Below are positions 37,373 to 51,517 of a stretch of 64,000 bases of DNA, piece by piece. The translations under genes and the position numbers were made by a program. Numbering within the stretch: the first letter of the stretch is position 1; every line of letters begins with the position of its first letter. The stretch is from Chlorokybus atmophyticus (Eukaryota; Plantae; Mesostigma and Chlorokybus algae): NCBI GenBank assembly GCA_009103225.1, contig RHPI01001965.1, positions 139,114 through 203,113 of the forward strand, written 5' to 3'. Below the pieces are notes generated by a model. The model was given only the letters and a program-made list of their open reading frames with translations. It made no database searches and was not told the origin of the DNA.

Positions 37373-39639
37373 CTACGTCTCCTTCAGCACGCCAAGTGTT
37401 TGCTGCGCAATGCTGAGTTCTTCATTGGTGGGTAACACCAAGATCTTGACATGCGAGCTGGTGGCCTGAATTTCCTGGATCATCCCGGGCTTGACGGTGC
37501 GGTTCTTCTTGGCATCCAGCACAATCCCAAACGCGTACAAGTTTCTGCACACTTCTTGCCGCAACATCGCTGAGTTCTCACCCATGCCAGCGGAAAATAT
37601 CAATGTGTGGACACGACCCTCCAGGCCCACCAAGTACGCCCCTAGATACTTGCGGATTCTATGCACCATCACCTGCATGGCCCTCATGTTGACTCGCAGT
37701 GCTTCATGGACAAGTGCAACATGTCATCATGCAATCAAGGGCAAACAGTTTGGACATAGTTGGGTGTACAGTGCAAGGCTCAATGTGGCATGTTTTCATC
37801 CAATCAGGTACCTGCTGCATGACCAACCACAACCTGACCCGCAACTATATATGCCGTTTTCACTTTATAACCTGACTTAGATGCTCACCTCAATAGCCTC
37901 CTGTGCGTGCTTGTCACCTCCGCCAGCTTGTCTGTCCACTTCCCTCAGGTCCGCATCGCCGCACAGACCCAACAGGCCAGACTGCTTAAGCAGCATTGCC
38001 TCCACGCCCGCAGGCTGGAGCGCCAGACGGGCGGCAAGGTACGAGGAGATTGCCGGATCAATATCACCACTGCAAACAGGAAGTTACCAAGTGAATTTGC
38101 GTGCTTAATGTGTTTAGCGTGGGAGATCAAACATGCGTAACTGCGCATTTTTGAGCACTAACACACGCAAATGACCAACACGTGTATGTGACAAGTGCAC
38201 GCAAGGTAACCAGAATGCACACATCCATCACGGTGACAGTGTGTTCTAACCTTCTGGTGGCCATGACCAGTCCCTCAAGAGGCGTCATGCCCATGCTGGT
38301 GTCAATGCTCTTTCCCTCCTTGATGGCGCATGCGCTTGCGCCGGCTCCAAGGTGAAACGCAATTGCATTCAGCTTGTGTTGGGGTACCTGACGGATGCAC
38401 ACACAACATTAGGATCTAGCCTCACTCAAGCCAGATAAGCCAACCAACAATCACCAGCGTTGAACGTTTGCAATGCAGGTCAAAACCTTCAGGTACCGAG
38501 CAGCCTGCTCTGTCAGGTATGCGTATGATGTGCCGTGAAACCCGTAGCGACGGATGCCATGCTCTTCAATTAGTCTTCGTGGGATAGCGTACGTGTACGC
38601 TGGAGCAATATAGCAACCACAGTTCTTCAGTACACTGTCAGCCAAAAATGCGCTACTTCGAATTCGTTATTTGCACAGAGGTCGTAGAGGTCAACCTATA
38701 TCAGCTGGGTGTTCACTAAGTGGCATACCCGCTGGCGGCATGGTTGCATGAAATGCTGTGTCAAAGACGGCCACTTGCGGGCATGAGAACAGCAACTCTG
38801 CCGTCTTGATAGCCTGCATGGATACAGCACATACACAGAAGACGTCAGTCAGCATCAACCTGCTTGGTCAAGCTCCTCCTGAAGCAATGAACTACCAAAA
38901 CAACGCATGCAACATGAGTGCCACAACCTGCAGGTTGGGAGGGTTGTGAAGGGGTGCAAAGGCCGCAGCCTCCTCAATGACACGCTTGACATCGGCGTTT
39001 ATAAGGACCGCAGATGAGACAGCCGCACCACCGTGGACCACACGATGGCCCACTGCTCGCACACACACTGGTCCCAGCAGTTCAAGCACCTTGAAGCGAC
39101 CAACACTGTGTCACTGTCATCATACAACCCACAATGGTAGTTTGTGACAATGAGCTTTGTGCAACACCTTTTGCAGTGCGGTGTGGTAGTCTGCAAAGTG
39201 CAGCGGCAAGGTGGTTTTCTGTGTGTTGCCGTTTGCTGAAAGCAAAGTCTTGTGCGTCACAGAACCCTGTGGCTGCCCGATCCTCTCCACAACGCCTTGC
39301 ATTGCACACCTGATGACAGCTTGATTACAGCTTGGTGTACCTTACGTACATGGCATTGAGTGACATAGTAAGCTGCTCTACCCACCTGAGAGAGTCTTTG
39401 GTCTGACTTTCTCCCAAATTGAACAGAGCGTACTTGAGCGACGAGCTGCCGGAATTCAGCACGAGCACACTTTCTCCTGAAGCCCATGAGTCAATTAGCA
39501 TTAAGCATACACGTCGTTGCATAGCAGTACCTGAAGCGAACGAAGTATCTGAAGCTGCGTTGGTGGACAGTGCTCGCCAGTGCAGCGACAGCGAGCTGTG
39601 GCGCAAGCGTGCACAACGCCGCAGCGCAGCAGCTGCCAT
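37373..39639 (-). CDS. ACK: Acetate kinase 2 (putative mitochondrial presequence), multi-exon
   Basis: [30 protein letters not shown]; [70 protein letters not shown]. Confidence 0.95.
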
Positions 39640-40829
39640 TGCAGTGGCTTATTCGTAGCTGTTCTCAGCAAGTCAGCAACAACTTGCAATGTCTGAGACA
39701 CTGCATGCAGCTGAAGTTAAGGTCAGCAGGCAGGGGGGAACAGCAAGTTGCATGGCACAAGCAAGCATGCTGCAGCCGGTGGTGGTCTCATGAAGCTATC
39801 TTTCAGCACAGTCTACATTACAGCTCAAGCTATATGACTCAAGCTAGAAATCTAGACGAGGAGGCAGCTCCCGACACCAGCGCTGTCGCTGCCGCCGTTG
39901 CTGCCACTGGCCGTTGACGCTAGTTTGCACTGACTGAGTTGGTGTACTGCGCGACAAGCGCATCGATTTCAGTCCTTGCGCAGCTGAAAGAAATAGGATA
40001 TCGCGAGTGGTGGTTGATGTGCTTGCTTCATGGTTAGTTAGCCTGCTGACACTTAACGTCGTATTCTCCCGCCACCACCAGCGGCGGCGGCGGCGAGTTG
40101 TGGGAGCGCGGCGGGCTAGAAGCATGCTTGAGGTAAGCTGGGCTGATCTTTGTCCTCGTGGCATGCTAACATGTTGAGATAAGCGGTGCTGCGAAGCAGC
40201 TGGTTGCTCAGCATCCAGCGGCTCAGCAGCCGGCGCACAGCAAGCCGCCAACCTGCACGCATCAAGCTCTGTGCGTACAGCTGAAACAATATTTGAACGT
40301 AAGACGGCAGACAAGCTACGTTGTTTTGCTGTCCGCTGGGTGCCAGCATAGAGCAGCTACTCACTGCTTGCAAGCTGCGAAGCAGTTTTCACGTAGCCAC
40401 TTGACTTGAGCTGTTCCCTGTCCACTGCTAAATTCGTGTAGCAACTACCTCGTTAGTATGTTCACAGCGTTTTTGAATTGTCCCACCTATTGAAAGCTTG
40501 TTGTGACGCCATACGGACTTGCTCGGCGCGTGTTAAAAAAGACAACCATGTTTCTGAGGGCTCGATTATTCAGCATTCCGCACAAATTAATCATCAACTG
40601 GCTTAACTTGCACTTAACACTCTTGCAGGTAGCCTTTACTTTGTTCTCTAATCAACAAGCAAGTACACAACCAAATTGCATCGATCAGCTTTTACAGCTT
40701 GGTTTAGTTGAGCGTGCATACTGTCCTGTGCAGGTGCAGCTCATATGAAACGGTGTGCATTGATGCCACTGCTGCTGAGCTCGCAGCAGTTGAGTAAGAA
40801 ACAACAGAGACAATAATCACAGCAGCAGC

Positions 40830-43800
40830 ATGGGCAAGCGCAAGCAGGCGCACCCTGTCCGTGCTGCTGCAGCAGAGCATGTCATTGATGTTGACGTGCA
40901 GCCAGCCGAGTATCTGCCAGAGACGCCAACTCAGGTACTCGCACAAGCTCGCCACCCCCGCATGAAACGATATACCAACCTGTGCTGCTGTTGTCGGCCC
41001 GGACAAAGCAAGCCTCCTCCGGTGTGTGAATGAGCGCATATATGAGCGCTAGACTCACACGCTCACTATTTTGGCAGACGCCTTCCAAAAAGCGCGGCTC
41101 CGCGCTTTTTGGAAGGCACAGTTCTTGCATAGGGATTCCAATACCCGCAAGCGCTTCGGTAATCAAGGAAGAGGACCTGGTGGCCGTCGCAGAGCTGGTG
41201 CTTGTTGACCCACCAACAGATGGGGTTGTTGACCAGGCGCTGGTCACAGAGTTGTTTGTTTTGCAAGTTGACGGCGTTCTGGCTTGGCTTCGTTATAGCA
41301 CGGAGGATGCTCCATTAGGCCAATATGCTGGGGGAATCGATGGTGAAGGCGAGTCCATTTCAGCATTGGCAAAACTCATAAAGCGCGGCTGGATGGCGTT
41401 GCGCATGGCACCATCTGCCGGGCGTGTGCTTGTGTACTTGACACCCAAACCCTTTAGCCTTGCAGCAGATCTACCTGATGCTTACCCTCGCCAAGCATCC
41501 ACAGCTTTCATGGAACTGAGAGAGGTTATGTCATGGCTGCGGCCTGAGTTGTCACCTATGACAGATGCCGAGCATCGTGACTTTGCGCCAGAGGAGTTGT
41601 ATGATGCTGTGAGGCCAACAGGGATGGAACCGCAGTTGACGTGCGACTTCCCAGCTCTGCTACCAACCTTGAGGCCGTATCAGCGGCGAGCTGTGGCATG
41701 GATGGTGAACAGGGAAAAAGCAATCGAAGGCGTACAACATGATGACGAACAGCCGCACCCGCTTTGGGAGCCGGTTGAGGACTTGCGTGGGACAAAGTCC
41801 TTCTACTACTGCCCCTACAGGTTCATACTGATAGATTGTCCTTGATTTTTTGCATTCATTTACGGTGCAGAGTGTATGCGGCCACCACATGTGTGCTTGT
41901 ATGTGGACTCTTTTTCAATCATGTGTGCTTGTTCATGATTGGGTCTCCATCGTGTGAATGGAAGGCTTAATGGGCGCATACTACTTGCAGTGGGCAAGTG
42001 TCATGGACGCGCTATCCAGCGCCACCACCTATCAGCGGGGGAATACTTGCGGATGAGCCTGGCTTAGGCAAGACCGTTGAGGTTTTGACGCTGGTGCTGG
42101 CAAACCAACATGAAGTCAGCAGGACAATGCAAGCCCGTAAGGCACATCGAAAGCGTCTCAAGGAGGTAACATGGCAGCGCCTTGTTGCCACAAGGAGAGA
42201 ACGGGTGGACTGCGTGTGCGGTGCAGATATTGAGGAGGAGTTGGGAAAATATCGGGTGCAGTGCGAAGTATGTTACGCATGGCAGCATGCATACTGCGTT
42301 GAATATGACTTGAGGCTATCTGATCCAGAATTGATACGCATAGCTGGCCGCGACTTCGTATATGTGTGTTCAACCTGCCGGTGTCTATGTGCCGGAACAG
42401 TCGTGGAGGAAGACTGTGGCTCGACATTAATTGTTTGCCCAGCGTCTATTCTGCAGCAGTGGCAAGAGGAAATAAAAAAGTATGCGTGCGTAGGCCTTGC
42501 GCAGGCACTGGGATTTTGCCTACTGTGTTGCCGGTGTTGTGAGCTCCGGCATGTTGCTGATGTGTTGTCACCAGGCATGTCCAAGCTGGCGAGCTTCGCG
42601 TGTTCACATATGAAGGAGTACGTGCGGTTAGAGCAAAGGCTCAAGCCTTGTCTGCATACCACCTGGCAACTGCAGATATTGTGCTTACAACGTACGAGAC
42701 GCTTCGTGCGGATGTGCACCACGACACAGAAGGCGATACAGGTAGTGTACACTTGTATGCATCGCCTACCATGTTCGTGGTTTCAATGCATTGTTGCCGC
42801 CTGCTGTACAGCACCTTTCCCTGTGCTCATCAATCTCACATCCGCCTGATTGCGTGCTTGCTGCTGCTGCTTCTATACTATTGGCATTCACGGGGTCTGG
42901 GGCACAGGTTGTGTGCGTATTACACGACAAGCCAAGCGGTTCAAGATTGTGCCAACTCCGTTGACACGACTTCATTGGTGGCGGGTGTGCCTGGACGAAG
43001 CTCAGATGGTGGAGTCCAGCACCGCACAAGCAACTGAGATGGCGCTTAGGTTGAAGGCCAAGCATAGTAAGTGCGTCGTCCTATGAGGAGTGATATTGCT
43101 TATGTATTTGCAAGCTGTTGACAACGGCATACTGGTAGGGTGGTGCATTACTGGAACCCCCATTGAGCGAGGACTTGAAGACTTGTATGGCCTGCTGCGG
43201 TTTTTGAATGCAAGACCCTATTCTGAGCACATCTGGTGGTCACGGGTGCTTCAGACTCCTTACGAAGCAGGCAGTTCGTCGGCATTGGCACGCTTGCACA
43301 GCTTCTTGCATGAAGTGATGTGGAGAACTGCCAAGATATATATAACTTCTGAGCTCCAATTGCCGGTACTGGTGTCAGTCGTTCTGCCACTCAACTTGTG
43401 CTGCAGACTGCAATTACCAAGGTGCATGTACTAACTTGAGCCCTGCACAGGTGCAAGAGACGCTGATCAGCAAGTTGGAATTTTCTTCTGTTGAGAAGTA
43501 CTTCTATGCCAGGCAGCATAAGCTGTGCGCTGAGACATTGAGGTTGTTTCTCAGCCGCAATGCGCAGCGTGAAGCTGCGGGCATCCAGCTAGATGCGGCT
43601 CGGCGCCACAAGGAGATGGCAAAAGTGCTGAACACGTTGCTGCATCTGCGTCAAGCCTGTTGCCACCCACAGGTTTAATTGTTGGTTTGACATGATTGAC
43701 TTGCTGGTGGGTCAAGTGGTTCTTTACCAATGAGCTGTCATTGGCAGATCGGTAGCTCAGGTGTTCGCGGTCCAAGCATGCAGCGTGTGCCAATAACCAT

Positions 43801-46800
43801 GGATGAAGTGTTGGAGACACTGATTCTCAAAGCGAAAGTGGAGTGTGAAGACTGGCAAAGGCAGCAAATTAAGGCTCTCAATGGTCTTGCTGGCCTGATG
43901 CTGCTGGAGGTGAGCTATTAGCGTGCTCCCATCAAGCATAACACTACGTGCCAGATTTGCAGCATTCAGCTTGCTGGTGCCTGCGCTCTTAGTATATTGC
44001 ATGTTCGCATACTGGGTGCTCGATGTAGTCGCGTTCCTGCTGCTGTAGCATGTACATTGAAATATACATACGTGTGCGCTAGCGCATGTGCGTGTGTCTC
44101 TCTCTGTGTATGCGCCCGTGTATGTGTATTTGAGCGCATTTGTGTTGGCATTTACGTAAGAGCATCAATGTTCTTGCAGAATCGTCCAGAGCTTGCAGTT
44201 ACTGCATACAGGGAGGCATTATCTACAGCGGAAGAAAACAGTTCTGACTTTAGTGCAGACCCTCTGCAGCGTCTGCACACCCTGCACAACCTGGCAGAAG
44301 TGCAGGCTCGCCCTGGGTTAAGCGTAGCTCCAACATTACGCGACAGTCAATTAGCCACTCAAGCTGCGGAAATACGGTGAGATTAATTGCTCAACGGCAT
44401 TGACATTACAGTCGTGACTTGAATCTGTCATAAGTGTATGGGTCACCATACCCTGGGACTCACCCAATGCAGTGTGCAGCATTCCACAGGGTGCAGCCAT
44501 TAATCATAATGTAATCTTGGCAGGGACAATTACCTTGCAGAGCACATTGTCAAAGCGGCTGCAGTTCAACAGGATTATAAGAAGCAGCATGAGCTGGTAT
44601 CAGTGTGGTAACGCTCAAATCAAAATGTGTTTAGCACGGATTTTGGTATTTTCAGTCACACTGTTGTGCATCTGGTCAGGTTGAAAGTCGAAGTGCAGAG
44701 CTATCGCGCACTCGAATACAGATTGGCCAAAGAGGTGGCCAGGGGGGTGTATGGTGGCTGCATGCTCTGCAGTTGATAGAGCGCAACATGAACATTAAGG
44801 AGTTCATTGCAAAGGTGCAGGAGCATCTCAGTACAAAGGACATTGACTATCAAAACCGCAACGCGGCCAACTTTGCACACCGGTTTCGGGACATCATTGG
44901 CTTGCAGTAAGCAACCTTGTATCTGAGTTACCAGTGATGTACCTTTTTCGTTTCAGGCATTGGCCTTGTTGACATGCTCCTCACATGCGTCACCATTGAT
45001 TTACTGTAGAAGTTATTTGTTCATTGTGTCATGGATCGACAGGCTTCTTGTCCAGAACGAACTGGATGCGATTGCCACACGACGCGCCGCTGTCCTTGCC
45101 AAGCTGCCTGAAGTGACTCATGCTGCAACAGTTGCTGGTATGCATCGCGCCGCCCACTGTCGGAAGTGTAGGCCATCAGAGATGACAGGCCCTGACTGTC
45201 AGTTCTGCGAGCTCGAGGAGAGCCTGTCAAGCTACGAGCTGCGGCTATTCACATTTAGAGCGACATCTGCAGCTATGCATGCAGTTGTCACCATTGATGA
45301 CGCAGAAAGGGCAAGACAGCGCGCGTTCCAAACCCACCGATCGCTAATGGCATTATCAGGTGAGACTTCTGTTAGTCATGTTGTGTCGCAGAATGGGTTT
45401 CTCATTGTCGGTTATTTGAAGAAGCAGCGCATGCGTTCAGGTGCCAGCAGAGACATGCGTAACACAGCTGCAGAGGGCTTGCAAGCTGCTGGGTCGCGTG
45501 CCGGTCAGTCAGTAGACGCATCACAAGTCGCGACCTCCCTGGATCCATCACAAACAGAGGTCGTCCTCAAGTACTTGCTCAGAGGTAATTTTGTGTACTT
45601 CACAGCTGTTTGGTTTCGAATGTGGCGGCATGGCCTGGGTGCATCCCTCCTTGTGCATACAACGGGCCACAAGTTTTGTTGGGTTGTGCCTGTCGATGTT
45701 GCATTCACATTTATTTTGCACTTACATGCATCTATAGCTATGTTTCACCGATACACATTCTGCAGCTGGCAAGCAGGCCATTGCCAATGATCCCGAGGTA
45801 GCTTCCGCTGGGGCGATTCACCTCGCCATGCTTGAGGCCATGCGCTTAGAGTTTTTGAAACTGCGGCAGCTGGTAGGAGCTCAGAGAGACGTCATGTACG
45901 CACATGACGAGCTTGGCATGGCGACTCTGCGGTTGAGCTTGCGTCACCCTGTGGAGCAAGTCAAAGAATACGAGAAAATTTTTAAGGTTTGAGGAAGACC
46001 TCAATGTATATATATGTTCTCCAATCTCCCAGTATAACTCCTTGCACGCAATTATTCCATATCGCCATCTTTCTCACAGATCTTGATGGAAGAGGTCCCC
46101 GTACTCAACGCATCATTCAGCGCGGAGAAGATGGTTGCAGCAGCTGAGCTTGAGAGAAAGAAGGGAGAGCTCCGTTATCTGAAGAACCAACAGCTGGCGC
46201 GAGCAAAGCTCAATAAGTCTTCAGAAGCTGCTGCAGAAGACGTGTGCCCCATATGCCAGGAACTCATTGGCAACGACCTGGCTATTCTGCCTTGCGGCCA
46301 CACCCTCTGCACCAAGTACGCTGTGCAGCTGTTTTAATGATTGTATGATGACAACGCAATGCATGTGCTGAGTGGACTTGTCTACAGGTGCACTATGGCG
46401 CTGCAAGACCGCATTCCAAGATCCACGCCAAGACAACTGCAGTTGATCACGTGTCCGACGTGCCGCAGGCGTGCAAATGTCTCAGAGGTGACAGCGCCGA
46501 TTCCTGCAGCAGCTGACTCACGCGCAAAGGCAGGGGAGGCGGCTATCACGGTGCACGACGCCAGCAAGTTCAGCACAAAGATTGAGGCGGTGGTGCGGCG
46601 CATCCTCTGGATAGGCAAGGAGGATGAGACCGCCAAAGTATTGGTGTTTTCTCAATGGCAAGAGGTAAGTGGGTGCAAGCCGCTATGATGCATTGTGGTG
46701 TTTTATATTGTTTGATTTTGGCACAGCAACTGATGCAATGTGCTTGCTGCAGGTGCTGAACCATGTGGAGGTTGCGTTGCAAGCCAACTTTGTCATGTAC

Positions 46801-47456
46801 GCACGAGTGAAGGCTGGAGGTCAAGGGAAGTTTGCCGCAACTGTCAATAAGTTCCGCCATGATCCCACGCTGAGAGCACTGCTGCTGCCCATAAAGCAAG
46901 GCGGACATGGGCTCAATATCATTGAGGCGCAACATGTCATACTTGTGGACCCACTGCTTAATCCAGCCATGGAGATTCAGGCACATATGAGTCAGTCTAC
47001 CTATCTTACATCTAACAAGTCTTTCAGAGCGAGAAGACAGATGTGTCAAGTTAACTATGTGTGCACCCGATGCAGGCTGTGAACCGAGTGCATCGTGTGG
47101 GTCAGACGCGTCAAACATATGTGCATCGCTTCTTGATGAAGGGCACAATTGAAGAGAACGTGTATGCAATGAGCCAGCGCAGAGCTGCGGCCGCTTCAAT
47201 GCTCAACCTGAAAGTGACGGATGATGCGCAGACACTGTCGCTCACCGACCTAGATGAGCTCTTCTTTGGGCAGCAGGCGGAACAGGAGGCACGTGCAACG
47301 GAGATGCCCACATCTGATTCTGTGCCTCCGCTGTCAGAATTGTCGCCCACTGAAGCTGCCGATGCTACAAGAACAAACCTGACAGCAAACCAGCCCTCCA
47401 TTGAGGCTGTGCAACCAACTAGTGCCACTGCACCAACTGCAGTGCAGCTGTGCTAG
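40830..47456 (+). CDS. SHPRH: SHPRH-type SNF2 helicase / PHD / RING E3 ubiquitin ligase, multi-exon
   Basis: MGKRKQ start; LRPYQRRAVAWM, GGILADEPGLGKT, PHD (CVCG...VQCEVCYAWQHAYC), LDEAQ, ITGTPI, LRQACCHPQ, RING (CPICQE...PCGH...CPTCR), VLVFSQW, GLNIIEAQHV, QAVNRVHRVGQ. Confidence 0.93.
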
Positions 47457-48158
47457 TTCCAGTGGTCCTGCTGCAGCGAAGCGTGAAGCGGGTATTTATT
47501 ACTTAGGTGGTGGTAAAGTTGCGTTTTTATGCGTATGCGTATGCGTAAATCCTGATTAGGTTGACAGCCTTGTATAGTCAACGACAGTTGGCAGCCCTGT
47601 ATAGTCATAGCATAAAATTTCATAGCGCACTCGCATAGAACTTTGCAGCGTACCAGTTGGGTCTGCTACAGGCCCAGCCTTCGCTTGTTGTCATGAATTT
47701 TCTCTCTGCAAGCCTTCATAGGGGCATGTGCAACGCACGTCTCTGTTGATGTGTGCCCATTTACGACTATGGTGATATTGCAGTTGGTGCAATGTAGCGA
47801 TGTCGCCTAACAACATATGTGATATGGGTGTCAATGATGTCTCGGTTCAGCTAGCGCCTGTCCAGCAGGCCCCTGTAAGAGTTACGAATGAGCTCGAGTG
47901 CATGCCCCATTCTTGCATCAAGTCTAGAGCAGCACGACTTAATGCAAGTATGGGGCCCACTTTGAAGCCAAGCCAACTGAAGCCCATCCCAAGTTCAAAA
48001 GTTGTGATTCATGTCAATTTGTCCATATAAGCTCTCCATCCATTAAGACTATGGGCTCATATTGTGAAATCTGGCGTGCACAATAACAAGTCACAAGCAA
48101 CTGAATGGTTGCAGCAATAATGACGCACCAATATACCAATACAACTAAGCATGTTAAT

Positions 48159-50810
48159 CTAATGAATGACATGGGTCGCTTCAAGAAGTTCACCTACAAT
48201 GATAGCCGCAGCACCGCCCAGCAGCAACGTCAACACAGGCTTCCCGCCTGGCACAAGCGGCTCCGTGGCTGGGAGAAGCCGCCCTGAAGTGCTGTATCTT
48301 TCAGACCAGGCCATGGCTGCTGGAATGATACCTGCATATGCCGGTGCGCATGTCAATAGCTGAAGTTCAGTATAAGTACACCAAACATAATGAGTGCGAT
48401 CAAGAGAGCGTACCGAATAGGACCAGTACACCGTATGTGCCAGCGACATCAAGTGCAGCAAAGAACACATTGGGGTTCAGAAGCGCTAGCCCCAGCGGTG
48501 GGAACAGCGTCAATAGATATGGCAAGGGCGATCGTCGATCTGAGGGTAGCTTCAGGCCGTCGGCAATAAAGTCAGAAAGACCCAGAACGAAACCAATGTA
48601 GGATGTCGCGATCGCCAAGAATGAGAAGGCCGCAACTGCGGGTCCAACCAGCCCGCTGGCTTGCCTCAAGCCCTGAAATTGTTGTCTGCATATCTTCAGA
48701 CAAGCCTTGGGCCATTCACTATTATTCTGATTATTCTGAGGCAAGCGACTCATGCGGGACCATCAAAGGCACGCACCTCAAGAGGATCAAATGGCAGATT
48801 ATCAGACCCAGTTGCAGGGGGCACACTCGCCAAAATGACAGCATCCCACATGAGGAACATGGCGCAAGGGATGGCCGTTCCGCCCGCCACAGCTATGCGA
48901 ATCCTCCGCAGATCACCTGCATGACAATCCATATAATGAACCCTGCAACCTTTGTACAGTATAAACATGCCAATGCACTGTAACGCGTTAGACATGCGCG
49001 TGCATGAGAATGTGTGTTGGTGTGACAACAATGCCTTTTGCACCTTCCAGATTTGAGGCTATGACCGGCACAACGTTTTGGTATACAAATGCTAAGGCGA
49101 TGACCGGCACCGATGCAGGCACAGCGGCCCAGTTTGCTGCCAGCAAGCGTTCTGGCTGGACTCCACCTGGATTGAAAGGCACAAGCTGTCTGCAGGGGAA
49201 CATTGCTATGCAGTGCAGTTGCCTAGAGACTTACCAGCAGCAACCGCAAGCAAGAATAAGAAGGATACAACCACTCCCACAACCAGCGCGTTGTTGACAG
49301 CTCCCAAGACTCCTTCACTTGCAAACATGCAAAGCGCTCCCAAGGCCAGTGTAAATGTCGACGCACCTGCCCAGCTGCGCTCTAGTTTGAAAACGCACGT
49401 TTCGTGCACAAGCTTAAAAATGCATGTGGAGGCTTGAACCGCATCAACCTACCCGGGCAATCCCAGCACATCTCCAACAATGTCTCCAGCGCGCGACACA
49501 TACGCCACAAGTAGCGTGTAATGCAGAAGTATGTAAGCAGCTCTGCAGATTCACCAACCTTGAGTGACCATGCAGCTGAACACCAACATGATTAAACGGC
49601 GGAGCACTCTTACGAAGAGAAGCGCACTCCAGCCTTGCCTAGCGTCCGCTCTGCCATAGACACCTGCACACCCGTCAAGTGAACAACTATGTGTCACGAG
49701 CGCACTGTGTGTGTTGCGGGCAGTGCTACGTACTAGTGAGACTCCTCCGCTGCCCAGTGCACACATTGTGTTGACATTCACCTCTGCAATCAAAAGCCCT
49801 GTGGCAACCTGTACACGAACGAGTGTAAGAGTGCATAACACTTCATAAGAAGCAAGTTGCGCAAGCAGCAGTGTACAAGTTATATAATGTACCATGTATG
49901 CCCAGCAGCTCAAGCAAGTAATAGCACTTGGGCCAAAGCCCGGCTCACGCGTAACAGCAGGCAAGGCGAGTATCCCAGCACCAACCTGTTGTCGCAGTTG
50001 GACAATAAAGCCAAGAACTAGGCCTACAGCAGCCTGTCACGAACCAGAAACACCAAGCATGCAAGTGTTTTGCTTACTTACTGTGGTGCCGGCAACCAGC
50101 AAAACCGAGCTCAATAAGCTGCCTGCGTGTGTGAGCCGAGCTCAATGAAAAGTAGTAGAATGAAGTCGAAGTGCTGCTCTGAACGGGACAACCGGACAGG
50201 ACAAAGACGAGCACCTGGCGCGTGTTTCAGCGTGACGGGATTGAGAATCGACCATAGTCGCGTTGGCGTTGCAGGGTTTGCAAACTCCTGCTGCATACGT
50301 AGGAATAACCTGTGTTACTCTTTAACATACAAAACCAGCACGGACGAGATGAATGGCAGCTGCAAGTGGCCACCAAGGCAATCACTAGCACCTTTGCCGG
50401 CGTTCCAGCAATCTCGGCAGCATCCTCGTTTAATTTCTGTTCTGAAAGCCAGTAGAGCCTCGTTCAGCGCGCACATGAGTCCTGGTAAATGCATAGTGGT
50501 GCATGCCTACGTTGATTTACATGCATGCCAGCCGTGGCATGCCGACTTATTACAGCTTGTAATTTTGCCCTGGTTCATATGCACCTGATTTGGCACCTTG
50601 GGTGCACGCCAATGCGCTGCCCCTGTGCTTCCTCCGGCTTGCTCGACAGCTGAGCGCCCTGCCAACCAGCGGCAACCCACGTTGACGTCCGACAGCAGCC
50701 TGGCCAGCTGTGACGGTCCATGCCGTCCTCGACAACAGGGTTGATGCATATGTCGAGGGCAGCACCATGCTTGACGACGACGCCATGCTGCTTAGCCCCG
50801 CCATTGCCAT
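48159..50810 (-). CDS. tyrP: Plastid tyrosine/tryptophan permease (TyrP-like), multi-exon
   Basis: Ser/Ala-rich transit peptide; VAGTTVGAGILALP, GLLIAEV, LAFVYQNVVP, FLAIATSYIGFVLGLSDF, AGTYGV. Confidence 0.9.
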
Positions 50811-51517
50811 CGCCTCTCCGCCGCAGCTGCCAGCTGGCAGCTAAGCACATTCAAAATGTTGAACGCACAACGGAAGCTGTGATGCGCACCGCAGTGTTGT
50901 AGTGAATGGCACGGCAGGGCATCGACGCCCGGCAATTCTTGCTCGGCTTCTTCTTAAGTCGTACTCGAAGCCGGTTTGAAAAGCTTGCCTTGATTGTGCA
51001 AGCTGCACAGTGCAGCACAGCCCTGCTGCTTGGTTGCTGGATGACATGGCTGCCGCCGTGTCGTCGTGCTTGTCCGTGAGCTGCGCTTCCCTGCGCGGGT
51101 TGCTGCCGGCGCCTGCTACAGCCCGGCCGTTGGTGGTGGTGGTGCCTGGGAGACATGGCGGAGGTCGCGCACAGCGGCTGGCTGCCTGCTCGCCCACTTG
51201 CTGCCAGACGCCGGCGCCTCGTCCTGGCAGAGTGGGAATGACTTCAAGCGCATGTTATGTCAAACAGTTGTCTGCCGTAGTCAATCCAGCCACTGGATGA
51301 GGGTTGGGTTGGCGGCAACAGTTGGGTGGCTGTCAGGCCAAACTTGCGATGAATCAAGCTGGGAGTTGGGAGTACAGCAAGCATTTGTGTGCTCCTCAGG
51401 ACAGACAAACTCATCTTCGCAACCCATGAAGTGCGCAATGCATTGACACATGGGCAAAGTGAACAGGAAAGGAGTCTCTCTCCTGTTCGCCGTGTCTGAA
51501 GCGAGGTTGTTAGCAGT

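Noticed and set aside
48159-50810. TyrP as a horizontally acquired (chlamydial-type) plastid transporter
   Set aside because: Already known and widespread in green plants; nothing unusual in this copy.
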